The notes under the pieces: model-generated
Database searches by the model: none
Told to the model about the DNA's origin: nothing
Seen by the model: the letters and a program-made list of their open reading frames with translations, nothing else
DNA from: a virus
Taxonomy: Duplodnaviria > Caudoviricetes
Length of the DNA: 56,796 nucleotides
Virus record (IMG/VR): IMGVR_UViG_3300032225_000823
Location: 1 to 56,796 of that record
Direction: 5' to 3' (one strand)
Translations under genes and position numbers: made by a program
Shown here: positions 17,985-26,183 of the stretch, piece by piece
Layout: the number at the start of each line of letters is the position of its first letter
How positions within the stretch are numbered: the stretch's first letter is position 1

Positions 17985-19004
17985 ATGTCATCTAGCAACC
18001 GTATCAAACTCGCACGTAACACTAACCGTATGCACCCCATGCTTGACCTTGCAGTTAATAAACTGCTGAAGCAAAACTCTGACTTTATCTTTGAGAGTGA
18101 CAACGGCACTACTGAATACGGCTGTGAGTCTGTGACTGATGGGTTTAAGATATTCGATGGGGTAGATTTCGTCGGCACTATTGATTACGGCAGACAATAC
18201 GGCAAAGCTAACGCCGAAGGACACGTTGACCCCGCCTTTGGTATCGGCTCGCCCAATGTCAACAAGCGTCGCGGTAATCGCAGCAAGATAATCACCACCG
18301 ATTTGAACGCAGCGGTTCGCCATGCCAAGAAGCTGATGTTTAAGCCAAGCATAGACAAGATGCTTACCGAAACACTTAACTCGCTGTATCGAAAAATTGA
18401 TTCTGCAACCGACAGCGCAGAACACGTTATGCAACGGTGCGTATCAATTAAATCGCATGGGCTTGCGGAATGGCTGGCTGAAACTTTGACTTTCGAGGAC
18501 AACAAAATCGTCGGCCTTGACAAGCTAACCTTTGCGGATATACCAAAGGCTTTGAACTTTAGTGTTACGGAAGAACTATTCCCCGCCGCTCGTAAGTTTA
18601 GTATTCTCAAAAAGGTTAGAAAAGATTTCCCCGAAGCAGTAGGTAACGGTGACGCAGCGTTTGCGATTAGATTGCGTAACGGCGGCATCCGATTGTTTGA
18701 GACTATCCTGCAAAAAGAAGGTGAGAAGATACCTGACGGCACTAGCTTGATTCCAGTCGTTCGCTTTGCATACTCAAACATCACAAAACACAACGTGTGC
18801 GCAAATATGACGGACTATCATAATTTGGAGAGTGCGCCGGATTGGGTGAAGGAAAAGATTGCTACGCTCACACTAGCGGAGACCGACCATGCAATACCGA
18901 ACATCGGCATTAAGGTACAAAGCAGCGACGAAAACTATCTGTTTTTTATCTATCGAAAGCAATTTGTGGAGAACGAAACAAGTGAAGACACAACCACGGT
19001 TTGA
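17985..19004 (+). CDS. Hypothetical protein
   Basis: About 340-aa ORF with GGAG RBS. Confidence 0.75.
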   Translation: MSSSNRIKLARNTNRMHPMLDLAVNKLLKQNSDFIFESDNGTTEYGCESVTDGFKIFDGVDFVGTIDYGRQYGKANAEGHVDPAFGIGSPNVNKRRGNRSKIITTDLNAAVRHAKKLMFKPSIDKMLTETLNSLYRKIDSATDSAEHVMQRCVSIKSHGLAEWLAETLTFEDNKIVGLDKLTFADIPKALNFSVTEELFPAARKFSILKKVRKDFPEAVGNGDAAFAIRLRNGGIRLFETILQKEGEKIPDGTSLIPVVRFAYSNITKHNVCANMTDYHNLESAPDWVKEKIATLTLAETDHAIPNIGIKVQSSDENYLFFIYRKQFVENETSEDTTTV

Positions 19005-19170
19005 AGTCCACGACGATGACGGCGCTCTGCGTAAGTTTTATATACGCAAAGAGGCTGAACAGTATCTAAATGGCAAGTGCGGCCTCAGGTTGGTAGTCCA
19101 ACCCCGCTTGAAAAAGGAAAAGCAAGTGGCTAGTATTAAATCGGTAGGTGCGGAAGCTGCGCTCTACTGA
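18982..19170 (+). CDS. Small hypothetical protein
   Basis: GTG start with GGAG upstream, overlapping the previous stop. Confidence 0.5.
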   Translation: MKTQPRFEVHDDDGALRKFYIRKEAEQYLNGKCGLRLVVQPRLKKEKQVASIKSVGAEAALY

Positions 19171-19291
19171 TGACTGTAATCATTCCCCACGGCATAGGTG
19201 CCTAGCAGATGTTGCTATGAACTGGGGGGCTAAAAAACAAGCCCGACTCTCCAATACCGCGCGGGGGCGCGGAATCTGCTAACCCCCACAT

Positions 19292-19344
19292 AGGCCACCT
19301 TCGGGTGGCCTTTGCATTTCTGACCGCCTTCGGGCGGTTTTTTT
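19292..19344 (+). terminator. Tandem UUCG hairpins, second with U-tract
   Basis: AGGCCACC-TTCG-GGTGGCCT and GACCGCC-TTCG-GGCGGTT-TTTTT. Confidence 0.8.
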
Positions 19345-19350
19345 ACGTCT

Positions 19351-19382
19351 GGAACATTTCGACATTGATGTCGATTTGTGCC
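19351..19382. repeat. 32-bp palindrome copy 8
   Basis: GGAACATTTCGAC-ATTGAT-GTCGATTTGTGCC. Confidence 0.9.
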
Positions 19383-19391
19383 TTTGGGGTA

Positions 19392-19420
19392 TTGACATCG
19401 GACGGTTGGCCGCGTAGTGT
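19392..19420 (+). promoter_or_regulatory. Sigma70-like promoter
   Basis: TTGACA-N17-TAGTGT right after the terminator and palindrome 8. Confidence 0.6.
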
Positions 19421-19450
19421 AGGCCCATAACGACAACAACGAGACACCCA

Positions 19451-19750
19451 ATGGCGACTCCAGAAAGCCGAGTCAAGGCTAAAGTTTCCGCAATTCTCAA
19501 GAAACACAATGTCTACTTCTTCTATCCCGCTACTGGTGGGTATGGACGGAGCGGCATCCCTGATGTCATTGCCTGTGTCAGGGGGCGTTTCGTGGGGATT
19601 GAATGTAAGGCTGGCGACAACAATCCGACAGCACTACAACAGCGGGAACTTCAGCGCATAATCGACTCTTTGGGGCGCGCATTGGTTGTGCGGGAAACAA
19701 ACCTAGATGAACTTGACTTGCTTATAAAGGAACTTGTAAATGCAAACTAA
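19451..19750 (+). CDS. VRR-NUC domain nuclease
   Basis: TPE...GIPD...GIECKA...PTALQ. Confidence 0.85.
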   Translation: MATPESRVKAKVSAILKKHNVYFFYPATGGYGRSGIPDVIACVRGRFVGIECKAGDNNPTALQQRELQRIIDSLGRALVVRETNLDELDLLIKELVNAN

Positions 19751-19943
19751 CCTCGCCCATGATGAACTGTTCGACTATGCCCCAATCCTGCTGAAGATGG
19801 ACAAGATGTGCCAAGAACTCCACGACCTATGTTTGCACAAGAAGGTAGACAATGTTCCCGAGATGACTAATGAAATGATTGTGGCGGCTCGTCAACTTCG
19901 TGCTTGGGCAGCGAATGAGTCCGACAAAGCAGGGAACTGGTGA
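19740..19943 (+). CDS. Hypothetical protein
   Basis: 67 aa, AAGGA RBS. Confidence 0.6.
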   Translation: MQTNLAHDELFDYAPILLKMDKMCQELHDLCLHKKVDNVPEMTNEMIVAARQLRAWAANESDKAGNW

Positions 19944-20220
19944 GACGTTAGGCCGCAGCCCAAAACTGATTTATGAAATGAAACCAAATCAAATCTCTGT
20001 TATTGCAGCGACTTTGGGCATGGAGGAGGGGGAAGTACAAGAAAGTAGATACAAAGCTACTACCTTAGAAAACCCCTCCGTTTATGCTATTGACTACGAC
20101 TACTTCTGTGTGTCCCCAGATAAACCAATACACAAAGGTTTTTCATGGCGGGAATGGCACGACCAATATCACGCAGAACAAGTGTCAACAAAACTATGGG
20201 CGAGTCCTATCTATGACTAG
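19879..20220 (+). CDS. Hypothetical protein (start uncertain)
   Basis: ORF fills a gap in the operon. Confidence 0.45.
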   Translation: MWRLVNFVLGQRMSPTKQGTGETLGRSPKLIYEMKPNQISVIAATLGMEEGEVQESRYKATTLENPSVYAIDYDYFCVSPDKPIHKGFSWREWHDQYHAEQVSTKLWASPIYD

Positions 20221-20557
20221 AAACAAAAAAGAAGTTACTTTTGCTAGCAAACTACCAAAGTGCTGGCCGGTTGATAAAGTAAAAGATTTTGTTTTGTGGA
20301 AAGATGCAGCACGTACGTCTGCGATAAACAAAAAATCTTCTGTGTGCGAAGACTGCACACCGGAATACAAAGAACGTATGCTAAACGAGGGTAAGTGCGA
20401 AAACCCAGAGATAGTATTTGCCACTGATGAAGATGGATTTATTTTCGGTAGGTTGCCACTACAAAAAGAGTTGACCGACAAATGCAATGCACAAAATGTT
20501 CCGCTGGAACAAAAGTCATCGAACGCCGAGGAATTAGAAGAAGGCGAGAATGCGTAG
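20213..20557 (+). CDS. Cys-containing hypothetical protein
   Basis: CEDCTPEY...GKCENP; start overlaps the previous stop. Confidence 0.55.
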   Translation: MTRNKKEVTFASKLPKCWPVDKVKDFVLWKDAARTSAINKKSSVCEDCTPEYKERMLNEGKCENPEIVFATDEDGFIFGRLPLQKELTDKCNAQNVPLEQKSSNAEELEEGENA

Positions 20558-20814
20558 CTTGTGGGCATAGGTTTTCTACTAATGAAATAGCTTTGGATGA
20601 ATTAAATCTTCTCAAACAACAACCCAAAGCAGCACCTAAACCCCCGCCTGAACCCAAACCAAAAACACCAACAATAAAAAAAGTAGCAAAAAAGACATCT
20701 GCTACGCCCAAAGTTGCTAACGCTAGACGTAGAATAGAAGAACTCAGGGAAATGCGAGAATTACAAGACTCTTGGATGGACCCTGACTTTGATTACTTAC
20801 CAGACTATCTTTAG
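20482..20814 (+). CDS. Zinc-ribbon protein (NrdR N-terminal-like)
   Basis: MQCTKC...RRRRECVACGHRFST. Confidence 0.7.
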   Translation: MQCTKCSAGTKVIERRGIRRRRECVACGHRFSTNEIALDELNLLKQQPKAAPKPPPEPKPKTPTIKKVAKKTSATPKVANARRRIEELREMRELQDSWMDPDFDYLPDYL

Positions 20815-20824
20815 GGTGAATTAA

Positions 20825-21127
20825 ATGACATTTGAAGAATTGGAGCAGCGGGTACGAGAGTGGGCATTTGCCCGTGACATTACTGCGTACTCGACCCCAC
20901 AAGCGCAATTGTTAAAAGCTGTTGAAGAACTTGGTGAGTTAGCAAGCGCGGAGCTAAAAGCTAACAACGAGGGTAGGATAGACGGTGTAGGTGATGTTAT
21001 TGTATGTCTGATTATTTATTGTCAGATGTGGAACATGGACGTGACCAAGTGCTTGGCCCACGCATACAACGAAATCAAGGACCGCAAGGGCAAGGTAGTA
21101 AGCGGCGGCGCGTTCGTCAAAGAATAA
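20825..21127 (+). CDS. MazG-like NTP pyrophosphohydrolase
   Basis: KAVEELGELA...DGVGDV...AYNEIKDRKG. Confidence 0.85.
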   Translation: MTFEELEQRVREWAFARDITAYSTPQAQLLKAVEELGELASAELKANNEGRIDGVGDVIVCLIIYCQMWNMDVTKCLAHAYNEIKDRKGKVVSGGAFVKE

Positions 21128-21133
21128 CCAAAA

Positions 21134-21222
21134 GCCAGAGTGGTGAAATCGGTAGACACAGCAGACTTAAAATCTGCCGACCATAACAGGTTGTGCCGGT
21201 TCGATTCCGGCCTCTGGCACCA
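21134..21222 (+). tRNA. trnL: tRNA-Leu(UAA)
   Basis: Acceptor GCCAGAG/CTCTGGC, anticodon arm GCAGA-CT-TAA-AA-TCTGC, long variable arm, GGTTCGATTCC T-arm, encoded CCA. Confidence 0.95.
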
Positions 21223-21237
21223 AGGAGAGAAGGAGAT

Positions 21238-21354
21238 ATGACTACGTTAGACGTACTAATTTGGATGATTCTTTACATCATGCTTCTTGGCTGCTTAGTT
21301 GCTACATTAACGGTTTGGTTCATGGTTAAGGAGTTTCTGAATGAACCGCTATGA
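21238..21354 (+). CDS. Small membrane peptide
   Basis: AAGGAG RBS, 38 aa, single hydrophobic stretch. Confidence 0.55.
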   Translation: MTTLDVLIWMILYIMLLGCLVATLTVWFMVKEFLNEPL

Positions 21355-21610
21355 CATCATTTGTATGGCACGGGAGGCTGGATTAAGCAATGAAGGTGGT
21401 TCAGTTGAGTTCTCGGCCTTAGATAAACTAATTCGCTTTGCCAAACTGGTCGCCGCTGCGGAGCATGAGGCTTGTGCGCACATGATTCTTTCTCGAAACC
21501 GTGGGGATTTACCAAGGCTGTACAGAGATACATTGAAGCTATGCGCAATGCTTATAAAAAGGCGGCAAAATAAATTAACCAAGGGGAATGAAAATGCAAG
21601 TAACTGTTGA
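21341..21610 (+). CDS. Hypothetical protein
   Basis: AAGGAG RBS; MAREAG...FAKLVAAAEHEACA phage-type motif. Confidence 0.65.
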   Translation: MNRYDIICMAREAGLSNEGGSVEFSALDKLIRFAKLVAAAEHEACAHMILSRNRGDLPRLYRDTLKLCAMLIKRRQNKLTKGNENASNC

Positions 21611-21824
21611 GATAGATGACGACGCGTTTGATTTAATTATGGTTAAAACTTTAGAAGACCATATTTTGTACACTTACAGTGATTTTACTTCTTTGCACCC
21701 AGACGATGTCGAATGGAACAACAAACTTAGGGAAGCACTGTGGGTTATATTTGAGTACTTTGCCGGTGAAGAAAAGGCGAAGGGTTTGAAGGACCTCATC
21801 GAAGGAGGGGAAGATGAAGTTTGA
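21588..21824 (+). CDS. Hypothetical protein
   Basis: 78 aa, overlapping operon packing. Confidence 0.6.
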   Translation: MKMQVTVEIDDDAFDLIMVKTLEDHILYTYSDFTSLHPDDVEWNNKLREALWVIFEYFAGEEKAKGLKDLIEGGEDEV

Positions 21825-22008
21825 TGTTATTAGTTGTTATGAAACCAAAGAAGGTTTAATGGTTAGTCTTGAAGTTGATGAGGAAGGCCGTCAGTATTTG
21901 ATGGAGCGTGGGTTCAACGCGATACTTAATGAAGCCATTAAACTAGCGGAGGACACCGCTAAACTGATGGAGGAAGACCATGAACGAGAGCCGCCGGAAG
22001 GCATTTGA
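21814..22008 (+). CDS. Hypothetical protein
   Basis: 64 aa, GGAGG RBS. Confidence 0.6.
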   Translation: MKFDVISCYETKEGLMVSLEVDEEGRQYLMERGFNAILNEAIKLAEDTAKLMEEDHEREPPEGI

Positions 22009-22144
22009 GCAGTGGTGGTTTGAGAATAACGGTAAGACACACAACCCTAACGACATCTGGGACGCTGCTTGTGACTGGATGAAGGAAGAACTTATTTGGC
22101 GTATGGAACAGTTTGTGGAGAAGCACCGAAATGAGCAGAGTTGA
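21980..22144 (+). CDS. Small hypothetical protein
   Basis: GGAGG RBS; MNESRRKAFEQWWFE..., 54 aa. Confidence 0.55.
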   Translation: MNESRRKAFEQWWFENNGKTHNPNDIWDAACDWMKEELIWRMEQFVEKHRNEQS

Positions 22145-22313
22145 GTACGCCCTTGCCGAGGCACAAACGGCAGAAGATGTAATCATTATTTGTTTTGATG
22201 AGAATGGAGAACTCGCTCTTCACTCAACCATTACCCGTGGTCCAGACATTTTGTGGGCGCTTGAACTTGCCAAAGCACAAATTCTGGAGATGGGACAGCC
22301 GGAGGATGCGTGA
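22131..22313 (+). CDS. Hypothetical protein
   Basis: GGAG RBS, 60 aa. Confidence 0.55.
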   Translation: MSRVEYALAEAQTAEDVIIICFDENGELALHSTITRGPDILWALELAKAQILEMGQPEDA

Positions 22314-22495
22314 TGTCTGATTTTATGCAACGTCAGTTTGACATTAGCCAAGAGCTTATTCGTTTGATGAACCGAGAACATGAGCAACGCAATCGTATTT
22401 TTGAAAAATACGAAGAAGAACTTAAAGAAAAAGACCGTTACATTGCGAAGCTAGAGGCCACTATCCAAGCACTAGAAGTTCTAGTGAAAAAGTAG
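22310..22495 (+). CDS. Coiled-coil hypothetical protein
   Basis: 61 aa, GGAGG RBS. Confidence 0.6.
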   Translation: MMSDFMQRQFDISQELIRLMNREHEQRNRIFEKYEEELKEKDRYIAKLEATIQALEVLVKK

Positions 22496-22503
22496 GAGCT
22501 ATC

Positions 22504-22662
22504 ATGTACATCTGGTTTAATCTATTGTTATTCAGCAGTGGGCATTGGATGTACATGGATGTATTTGAAACATTAGAAGAGTGCCAAGACGAACGCAAGA
22601 TGCAAGAAATTATTAACCCCGGCGACTACTATTGTTTCCCCACACAAATTCAAAAATCATAA
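22504..22662 (+). CDS. Small hypothetical protein
   Basis: AGGAG RBS, 52 aa. Confidence 0.5.
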   Translation: MYIWFNLLLFSSGHWMYMDVFETLEECQDERKMQEIINPGDYYCFPTQIQKS

Positions 22663-22672
22663 CGAGAGACTC

Positions 22673-22891
22673 ATGCGACTTACTCAACCGACCGAAGCTT
22701 TGGAAGTTGGCCAACGATACATGATGCCGTCTGGCCGTACTGTAACCATTTACAAACTCTACAACAACTACAACAATGTGCAGGAAGTAACTCTCAAGTA
22801 CGAGCAAACCCAAGTTAAAGGGCAGAAGGAACTTGTAGACTTTTCTGAGTACAACGTGCGCAACATTTGCTACAGGCTGGCGCAAAAATGA
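22673..22891 (+). CDS. Hypothetical protein
   Basis: 72 aa, ATGA coupling to the next gene. Confidence 0.55.
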   Translation: MRLTQPTEALEVGQRYMMPSGRTVTIYKLYNNYNNVQEVTLKYEQTQVKGQKELVDFSEYNVRNICYRLAQK

Positions 22892-23157
22892 GTGACCCAG
22901 TAGACCATCCGATGCACTATAATGCTGGTACGATTGAGTGTATTGATGCTATTGCCTCTGCAACTATTGGGCTTACCGGCATTGAAGCAGTCTGTACTGG
23001 CAACATCATCAAATACACATGGCGATGGAAGAACAAAGGCAAGATAGAAGACCTCCGCAAAGCACGGTGGTACCTTGACCGATTAATAACGCATCTATCC
23101 AAGGACGAGAATGAACCTGACGCGGTTAGTGGAGACAGCGCTTCGCCCACTACTTAA
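22888..23157 (+). CDS. DUF3310 (SaV-like) protein
   Basis: DPVDHPMHY..G.IECIDAI...GNIIKYTWRW..K..IEDLRKARWYL. Confidence 0.85.
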   Translation: MSDPVDHPMHYNAGTIECIDAIASATIGLTGIEAVCTGNIIKYTWRWKNKGKIEDLRKARWYLDRLITHLSKDENEPDAVSGDSASPTT

Positions 23158-23401
23158 AGACCATACGGTGATAGTTCTCAAACGTATGGACACGCACCCT
23201 CAAGATTTCTCAAAAATATCTAGCAGAATCTGGCAAGCTAATGGATTGCGTTGGTTGGACTTGGCTATACATGGAAACTTTCCCATGTTAGACAGACTTA
23301 TCCTAGATAGGCGACTGCGCGAAATTAGCCTAACTAGCACTAAAAATTCTGTGCTGGAGCTTCTTGTTAATGGTGAACACGACAAGGACGTGCCTTTCTA
23401 A
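23111..23401 (+). CDS. Hypothetical protein
   Basis: 96-aa ORF ending 2 nt before the polymerase start. Confidence 0.5.
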   Translation: MNLTRLVETALRPLLKDHTVIVLKRMDTHPQDFSKISSRIWQANGLRWLDLAIHGNFPMLDRLILDRRLREISLTSTKNSVLELLVNGEHDKDVPF

Positions 23402-23403
23402 CC

Positions 23404-25212
23404 ATGAACCTTATAACTATTGATTTCGAGACGTACTACTCTCGTGAGTTCAGCTTATCCAAAATAACTACGGAAGAATACGTTCGTAGTGATGAGTTTG
23501 AAGTAATTGGGTTTGCCGTAAAGCAAAACGACGAACCCACCGAGTGGTACACCGGAGAACCCGAGCATTTGAAAAGGGTTTTAGATAGCTACAACTGGTC
23601 GGAATCAATAGCCCTTGCTCATAACGCAGCGTTTGATGCGGCGATTCTTTCTTGGCGGTTTGGTATACAGCCCCTTGTTTGGATGGATACGCTTAGCATG
23701 GCTCGCGCAGTAGATGGTTCAGAAGTAGGCAACAGTTTGAAAGCCGCTGCAGAACGGTACGGTCTGGGGGAGAAGGGCACAGAAGTACTAAATGCGCTAG
23801 GGAAAAAAAGGCGTGATTTTTCTCCCGAAGAACTACATAGATACAGCAAATACTGTATCAACGACGTTGACCTGACATATCAACTTCTTCTGAAACTATT
23901 ACCAAAGTTCCCGCATTCAGAACTTGAGCTTATCAATCTGACTATCAAGATGTTTTCGGAGCCAATGTTAGAGCTTGACTGTCTTATGCTTGAGCAACAT
24001 TTGGAAGATGTTAAAGACCGCAAGACCAAACTGTTGGAAGCAGTCAAGGTAGACCGCGAAACTTTGATGTCAAACAATAAGTTTGCAGAGGCGCTTAAAA
24101 CTTTGGGTGTAGACCCGCCAACCAAAATAAGTGCAAGGACAAACGAAGAGACGTGGGCGTTTGCCAAATCTGATGACGGATTCAAGGCGCTCATGCAGCA
24201 CCCCAATGTATACGTTCAAGCACTTGTCTCAGCTAGACTGGGCAACAAATCAACATTGGAAGAGACTCGCACCCAACGATTGATAAACATATCCAGACGT
24301 GGAAATCTCCCTGTGCCACTCAAATACTACGCCGCGCATACAGGCAGATGGGGTGGAGACGGAGACCTAAACCTACAAAACTTACCGTCTCGTGGCGCAA
24401 ACATTATCAAGCGGGCAATCATTGCACCTGAAGGATACGTGATTATTAACGCCGATTCTTCGCAGATTGAAGCGCGAGTCCTTGCTTGGCTAGCGGGGCA
24501 GTGGGACCTAGTGGATGGTTTCGCTGCTAATCGAGACGTTTACAAAGATATGGCGGCTAAGATTTATGATAAGCCAGTAGACGAAATAGACGGAAGAGAG
24601 CGGTTTGTTGGTAAAACAACAATCTTGGGTTGTGGTTACAGCATGGGTGCGGACAAGTTCCAACTACAACTAAAAAACTTTGGCCATGATTTAGATAACC
24701 CAACTTGTAAAAAGATTATCAAGGTTTACCGAGACGCTAACCCACAAATAGTCACGCTTTGGAGGGATGGCAACCGTTGTTTGCGCGGCATGCTTGACGG
24801 GGTTGTTGCTAAATTTGGTGTACAGGACGCCGTATATATGCACCCAGAGCATGGTTTTTTCTTGCCCAACGGTATGACTCTTAAGTACACAGGGCTGAGA
24901 GAGGTAGAAGAAAATAAGTTTGTTTACATGCGCCGCAAAGAAGAACTATACGTTTACGGCGGCAAGGTTGTAGAAAACATTTGTCAAGCTGTGGCGCGCT
25001 GCATCATTGGCGAACAAATGATTAGAATAAGTCGTAAGTATCGTGTAGCATTGACAGTGCATGATTCAATAATGTGCGTGGTTACAAAAGAAGAAGCTGA
25101 TGCTGCGCTCAAATACGTCACCGAATCTATGCAGTGGGTACCTGATTGGGCAGAAGGGTTGCCGCTTGGGTGCGAAGCTAGCTACGCGAAATCTTACGGG
25201 GACTGCAAGTGA
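23404..25212 (+). CDS. polA: Family A DNA polymerase with 3'-5' exonuclease
   Basis: DFET and HNAAFD exonuclease motifs; TGRW, NLQN, motif A DSSQIEAR, motif B RFVGKTTILGCGY, motif C VHDS. Confidence 0.95.
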   Translation: MNLITIDFETYYSREFSLSKITTEEYVRSDEFEVIGFAVKQNDEPTEWYTGEPEHLKRVLDSYNWSESIALAHNAAFDAAILSWRFGIQPLVWMDTLSMARAVDGSEVGNSLKAAAERYGLGEKGTEVLNALGKKRRDFSPEELHRYSKYCINDVDLTYQLLLKLLPKFPHSELELINLTIKMFSEPMLELDCLMLEQHLEDVKDRKTKLLEAVKVDRETLMSNNKFAEALKTLGVDPPTKISARTNEETWAFAKSDDGFKALMQHPNVYVQALVSARLGNKSTLEETRTQRLINISRRGNLPVPLKYYAAHTGRWGGDGDLNLQNLPSRGANIIKRAIIAPEGYVIINADSSQIEARVLAWLAGQWDLVDGFAANRDVYKDMAAKIYDKPVDEIDGRERFVGKTTILGCGYSMGADKFQLQLKNFGHDLDNPTCKKIIKVYRDANPQIVTLWRDGNRCLRGMLDGVVAKFGVQDAVYMHPEHGFFLPNGMTLKYTGLREVEENKFVYMRRKEELYVYGGKVVENICQAVARCIIGEQMIRISRKYRVALTVHDSIMCVVTKEEADAALKYVTESMQWVPDWAEGLPLGCEASYAKSYGDCK

Positions 25213-25898
25213 TTGATGACACACAAGAAAAACAACCTAAATACAAATGGTCTTACTCTTCTTTATCTCTTTTCCAACAATGCCCTAGGAAGTTCTACCG
25301 GCTTAAAGTTGCTAAGGATGTTGTAGAACCAGAAGGTCAGCACCTTATCTACGGCAAGGAACTACATAAGGCAGCAGAAGAATATGTTAGAGATGGCACA
25401 CCGATTCCGCCGCAGTTTGCGTTCGTTAAGAATTACTTGGATATTTTTAAGACTCTATCTGGAGACCAGCTTTGCGAACATCAGATGGGCCTCACTAAAT
25501 CCATTGAACCCTGTGGGTTTTTTGACGAGGACGTATGGTGGCGAGGGGTTGCTGATTTGCTCATTGTGGACGGCGAGAGCGCAATTTTAGTAGACTACAA
25601 GACTGGTAAGTCAGCTAGATACGCAGACACAAAGCAGCTAGAGATTCTTTCTCTGGCTGTATTCAAGCACTTCCCCAAGGTCCAGCACATCAAAGCTGGA
25701 CTTTTGTTTGTAGTATCCAAAGAGTTCATCCAGTGTGAGTTTTTCAAGGATGGACAGAAAGAAATGTGGACAAATTGGTTTGGTGATTTGCAACGACTAG
25801 AAAGAGCATACGAACATAGCGTTTGGAACCCTCAACCGAATTTCACTTGTCGAAACCACTGTCCTGTAAAAGACTGTGAATACCACGGAAAAAATTAG
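25209..25898 (+). CDS. PD-(D/E)xK (RecB/Cas4-like) exonuclease
   Basis: SYSS..F.QCP, GVADL...DYKTGK, C-terminal CxxxCPxxxC. Confidence 0.85.
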   Translation: MIDDTQEKQPKYKWSYSSLSLFQQCPRKFYRLKVAKDVVEPEGQHLIYGKELHKAAEEYVRDGTPIPPQFAFVKNYLDIFKTLSGDQLCEHQMGLTKSIEPCGFFDEDVWWRGVADLLIVDGESAILVDYKTGKSARYADTKQLEILSLAVFKHFPKVQHIKAGLLFVVSKEFIQCEFFKDGQKEMWTNWFGDLQRLERAYEHSVWNPQPNFTCRNHCPVKDCEYHGKN

Positions 25899-25907
25899 GA
25901 GGATTAA

Positions 25908-26183
25908 ATGCCGTATGTAAACAAACCCAGACCATATAAAAAAGAATGGAAGCAGGAGGAAGCACGTGGCGAAAAGAAACCGCGCGCTGCCCGCGCCCGC
26001 GCTAGGTACGCTATGGATAAGAAAGGAGTAGACCGTGCCGGTAAAGACATCGACCACGTTATCCCGTTATCCAAAGGGGGCACCAACTCGCCCAGCAATC
26101 TTCGCCTCAAGTCCCCCACAAAGAACCGGTCTTTCTCCCGAAACTCAGACCACACCGTCAAAAGAAACAAGCCTAAAAAATAA
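25908..26183 (+). CDS. Small HNH endonuclease
   Basis: DIDHVIPLSKGGTN...NLR...N. Confidence 0.8.
   Translation: MPYVNKPRPYKKEWKQEEARGEKKPRAARARARYAMDKKGVDRAGKDIDHVIPLSKGGTNSPSNLRLKSPTKNRSFSRNSDHTVKRNKPKK

Noticed and set aside
10038-19382. 32-bp palindromes as a CRISPR array
   Set aside because: Copies are about 0.3-2.3 kb apart, diverged, in both orientations and partly inside ORFs; no regular spacers or cas operon
20497-20511. TGTTCC-GCT-GGAACA as a ninth palindrome copy
   Set aside because: Hexamers are in the opposite order, the TCGACA core is missing, and it lies in overlapping coding sequence
21134-21222. tRNA as a prophage attachment site
   Set aside because: No adjacent integrase, no duplicated 3' end seen, and phage genes continue on both sides
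25209-25898. Cas4 as evidence of CRISPR-Cas
   Set aside because: Stand-alone PD-(D/E)xK exonuclease in a standard polymerase-helicase replication module
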